DNA from: Bilabrum cf. latius
Lineage: Eukaryota
Direction: 5' to 3'
DNA length: 64,000 bases
NCBI GenBank assembly: GCA_965178125.1
Contig: OZ237766.1
Coordinates: 620,001-684,000 of the forward strand
Position numbers and translations under genes: made by a program. The notes below the pieces were generated by a model that made no database searches, was not told where the DNA came from, and saw nothing but the letters and a program-made list of their open reading frames with translations. Below, piece after piece: positions 59,958 to 64,000 of this stretch. Each line of letters opens with the position of its first letter. Position 1 is the first letter of the stretch.

Positions 59958-62900
59958 TCATTCCTGCTTGAACTTCTCCATGGCCTCCTCGGCATCCATG
60001 AACACGGCCAGTCCACCCCTACCGCCCTTGCTCTTGGCCCCTCCATCCCCGTCCCCCTCGCTCATCGCAGCCGCCAGCGCGAACTCAATCCCGTCCTCAT
60101 CCTCGTCCCCTTCATTCTCGCCAGCATCATCCCCACCAGCCCCTGCCCCCGCCCCTCCCCCGAGATCCACTCCCATGGCCCTCGCCAGCGCCTCGTCCTC
60201 CTCCGAATCGAAATCGTCTTCCCCGTCCTCGGCCCCAGCACCGCCGCCGCTCTCCAGCAGCAACTCCTGCGCCAGCCTGTCCGCAAAGGCCTCTTCATCT
60301 TCGCTCTCGTCCCCGCCGTCACCCTCCCGCGCCTCTGCCCCCGCCCCCGCATCCCGCTGCGCCGCCAGACCGCCATACCTCCGGAGGAACGCCTCCTCGC
60401 CCTCCAGGAAAGCGCCGCTGTTCCCCCGGCGCAGGGCGCCCGGCTGGGTCACGCTCGAACCGCGCACCTTGGCCCCCTGGTGACCCGCGATCAGCTGATC
60501 CACCGCCCGGCTGCCCTTGCCCTGCGCCTCCCTGTACGCAGCCGCGACGAGCGCCTCCTCGCCCAGCTCCCCGCCATCGTGCAGTGCACCCATACCATCC
60601 GCGCCGCCGCCCGCCTGCATCCCGGCACCACGCACTCCCGTGGCCGCCTCTTTCTTTGGGTTCCGCCGGACCATCTTATCCAGGAAGGAGACCAACGAGA
60701 AATCGGCCAGCGGGTCGCCTGCGTACTGAGACCCGGCCCCGGGCCTGTCAAGTAGCTCCAGGGCGAAGTGCCTCACCGATGGGTGGTAGTGCTGGGCCAG
60801 GGAACACAACTCCCAGAGACAAGTCATCTCTGCCCCTGCGAACAGTGGGTCGCCCTTCAACGGGTCGTATTCTGCCTGCTGGGGCTGCTGCTGCTGCTGC
60901 TGCTGGGGCTGGGAGGGCTTGGCTCTGGCGGGCGCACTCGCCTCTGCTGCCCCCTGCTTGTCACCGCTGTCGCTGTCGCTACTGGAATCGGATCCGGAGT
61001 CGGATCCGGAGCCGGATCCGGAGTCTGAGCTGGACTCGGAATCGCTCCCGCTCCCCACCACTGCATCAGCGATCGCGAGAGCCTTAGCCTTCTCTTGTTC
61101 CCTCGATTGTTTCTCGTCCTCCTCATCCTTACCTGATGTTGCCATGAAGCCGGCAGCCGCCGCGGCAGCTCCCCCTCGCACCACAACTTCTTCCTCCTCC
61201 TCCTCCTCCTCTTCACCTGCTCCGTCCTGCATGTTTCCACTGCCGTCAGCATCACCATCGGCGCCGTCATCCGCCATGGGCACGGGACCGGAAGGGGCGG
61301 CGGCCGCGGCATCTGTACCAGATTCGGCAGATGCGCCCTCACTCGTCACACCGTCCTCAGAGACAGCAGCCCCGGCCCCCTGCGCCTGCGTGATGCCAGC
61401 GGCCAGCGCCGGCTTGGTTGCAACCGCCTTGGACACGAGGAACACGCAGGCGGCGGCCAGCGGTGCGGGCGCCCCGAGGGCCACCTGAAGCACCCGCTTG
61501 AGGAAGGCCCTCGCGCGATTCGGCTCCGGATCCGTGACCACCACCCGGAAGACGAGTGTGAGTAGCATGGCGTGCTTGCTGGATCTCTCGGGCATCGAGT
61601 CGGGCCTCAGTTTGGTGTAGAGGGCGGCGTACACCCGCCGGGGGGCATCCCCCCCGTCCCCGTCCTCGCCCTCTCCTCCCTCACTCGTCACACCAGTCTT
61701 GCGCTCGGCCCCCACGCCCGCCCTGACGAGTGCGAAGAGCAGGTGCAGCGCCGACACCGCCGTGCCCAGGGGTGCCTCCTTGCTCAACGAGATGAGCCGT
61801 TCCATGCGCCGCCCCAGGTCCTCGAGCGCGACGGGGGCCTCGAAGGGGGCACCGCCGTGCAGTGCACCCGGACCAGCCCCGGCACCAGCGGGCGCCTGGG
61901 CCTAAACCTCCCCCCTCAACAGGGGCAGCGCGAAGGGGAGCGCACGGTTGATGCCCGAAAGCAGGGTCTGCACCAGTTTGACCACCGGCCCCTCCTGCTG
62001 GTCCTGACCCAACGATCCGAGCAATCGGGCGGGCCGAGCCCCGGCCTTGCCCCTGGCCCCCGGCGCGTTGCGGCCGAACCGACTCCTCTGCTTGCGCTTG
62101 CCGCCGCTCGCGTGACCACCGGCGCCGCGCGACCTGCCGTGCCTGCCTCCTTCCCCATCGCCCCCCTCTCGCTCTCCCTCTTGCTCGCTGGCATCCTCAT
62201 CCTCATCCTCATCACCATCATCACCGGCATTCTGCTGCTTGCTCCCCGCACCGCCAGCCGTCCACCGCTTGCCCCCCGCACCCGCCCCCCCTCGCGCTGC
62301 ACCACCGTCCACGCCACCGCCCTCGCTTGTTCCCTCGGGCCCCAGCACGTCATCGAACAGCTGGAGGTATGCCCCCACCAGCTGTGCCGCCAGCGAGGGC
62401 TCCGATCTCCTCAGTGGCACCTGAGACAGGAAAGCAACGGCGTAGTATCGCGCCCTCACGCGGCGCACCGCCAGACTCTCCTGTGGTCTGCCGCCACTGC
62501 CGCCCCCGCGCCCCCCACCTCTACCCCTGCCCCTACCCCTACCTCTTCCCCTTCCTCTCCCCCTTCCTCTGCCCCCCGCTTCTCTCCTCCTCTCCATCTC
62601 CTCCGCCACCATCCTCCCCTCATTGGCAGCCAGCCGAGCCAGCACCTGCCTCGTCTCCCTCACCACCACGGCGGCCATGGCCGGGTGCTTCTCCAGGAGC
62701 CTCAAGAGGTGCTGCACCGCCCTCGAGGCGACCTTCCTGTCCTGGTCTCCGAGCCGATCCGCGAGCAGGGCCAGCAGGGGAGCCTCCCCCTCCGGTCTCT
62801 CCAGGATTAGGTCCAGAGCGGCCGACATGGCCCGCTCCCGGGCCCACGCCAAGGGGTCCTTGGACGCCGACTGGAGGGAGTCGATGAGGGCGGCGAACCT

Positions 62901-63986
62901 TCGCTTGAGTTCTTCCTCGAACACCCACAGGGCGAGATGCTGCGGGGTCACTCCGTCCCCGTCCAGCGGCCTCTCGTCAAGCCGGAACAGCCGCCTGTGG
63001 GGAGGCAGCAAGAAGCCCCCGAAGACCTCCCGTGCCACTTCTGCCGCCCTCGATGCATCTCTCCTGGCCGGCACTCGGGCCATGGTCAGCAGCTCGTCCT
63101 GCAGTCCAGTGGTTTGCACGGGGGCTCCCTGCACCAGGGCCTGGATGGCACCCAGCCGATCCGTGGCTGTTCCCTCGCCCAGCATGCGCCTGGTCAGTCG
63201 CTCGTCAGCTGACCCCGGGCTCGTCTCCCAAGCCCTGCCCTCTGCCTGCAGCATCAATCGACCGGCCTCCCGGCACTTGGCCACAAGCTCAAGCGTGCGA
63301 CGGACCTCGGCGGGGCGCGGAGGACGCTTGCGCTTTCCCGCGCCCGCGCGGGATCCAGACCCGCTGCCGGCCTCCTCCTCCTCCTTTTTCTTTTTGTCGG
63401 CCGCCTCAAGCGCCCTGGCCCGGAAGGTCTCCGCCTTTCCAGTCTCTCCCTGGGCCAGCAGCTTCCTAAGCTTGCGCTTCTGCGTCTTGGTTAGCTTGGA
63501 TTCGGCAGAGGCGCCGGCGGATTCCTCTTCACCTGCAGCGGCGCCTGCTGCACCTGCTCCCCCCTTAGCTGATTTCCGGCTGGCGCTCCGGGCCCGCTTG
63601 CGCTCTGCGATGGCGTTTTCAATGGATCGCACCGGGTCTCCGTCGATGCTGGCAAGAGAGGCCTCCGCCTCGAACCAAGTCTCCCCGGCGGATTTGGCTA
63701 GTTTGCCGTCGCTGGCACTGGCGGCTTCTTGGCAGGCAGACAAGAGGGCTTCCACGGCTTCTACGTTGCGAATCGTGTGCCGCTGCGTTGCAGGAGATGC
63801 AGACGACCACTCTGGCTCGGGCGCTGCCGGTGCCTCGCCGCCAAAGGGCTGGGACGGTTGGGACTAGTAGCCGCCGGATGCTCCGTACCCAGACTGGGGC
63901 CCAGCCGGGCGATCCCGGCCGCCTCCTCCAAACTTGCTATCACGAGTGCCACGGTACGAATCTGTTCGAGGAGCTTTGCCTCGCAT
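59958..63986 (-). CDS. CEBPZ: CEBPZ/Mak21/Noc1 ribosome-biogenesis protein (~1,340 aa; frame open to window end)
   Basis: GTATDRLGA, RPEGEAPLLALLADRLGD..RKVASRA, RARYYAVAFLSQ, LLSGINRALPF; CBF domain YDPLKGDPLFAGAE..CLWEL...HYHPSV...YAGDPLADFSLVSFLDK. The two halves are joined by TAG 61904; another TAG at 63866; TGA stop. Confidence 0.92.
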
Positions 63987-64000
63987 AAGCTTGGTCGGCT

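Noticed and set aside
7778-63986. Interpreting the TAG-interrupted genes as pseudogenes, sequencing errors or tiny introns
   Set aside because: Interruptions are exclusively TAG, never frameshifts, TGA or TAA. They occur in essential genes and at conserved Gln sites with no splice signals needed.

Overview
GC-rich, gene-dense nuclear DNA of a flagellated microbial eukaryote (spliceosomal GT-AG introns, kinesin-2, ARL6/BBS3, NUP50, CEBPZ/Noc1, ATIC). A bicosoecid/stramenopile-like origin is only a guess from the Ala/Gly-rich protein style. The key result is a non-standard genetic code: TAG is a sense codon for Gln. About 40 in-frame TAGs split the supplied ORF track in single-copy genes. They fall at invariant Gln positions (kinesin P-loop AYG[TAG]TGCGKT, TBC glutamine finger GYT[TAG]GMN), inside Q/GQ runs, and alternate with CAG between paralogues. 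TGA is the dominant stop. No internal TAA was seen in the reconstructed genes, so UAG and UAA may be decoupled. With TAG=Gln the window resolves into about 13 single-copy genes and an 8-copy, ~1.64-kb tandem array of a 3-exon ankyrin-like gene with mosaic variation. It also holds two apparently identical 3,415-bp AT-rich TIR transposons with 4-bp NTAN target duplications, and strongly over-represented short motifs (GTGACGAGTG, GTGCA[CT/TC]GCA, AGGGAACA) embedded in coding DNA. All counts and gene models are by eye.
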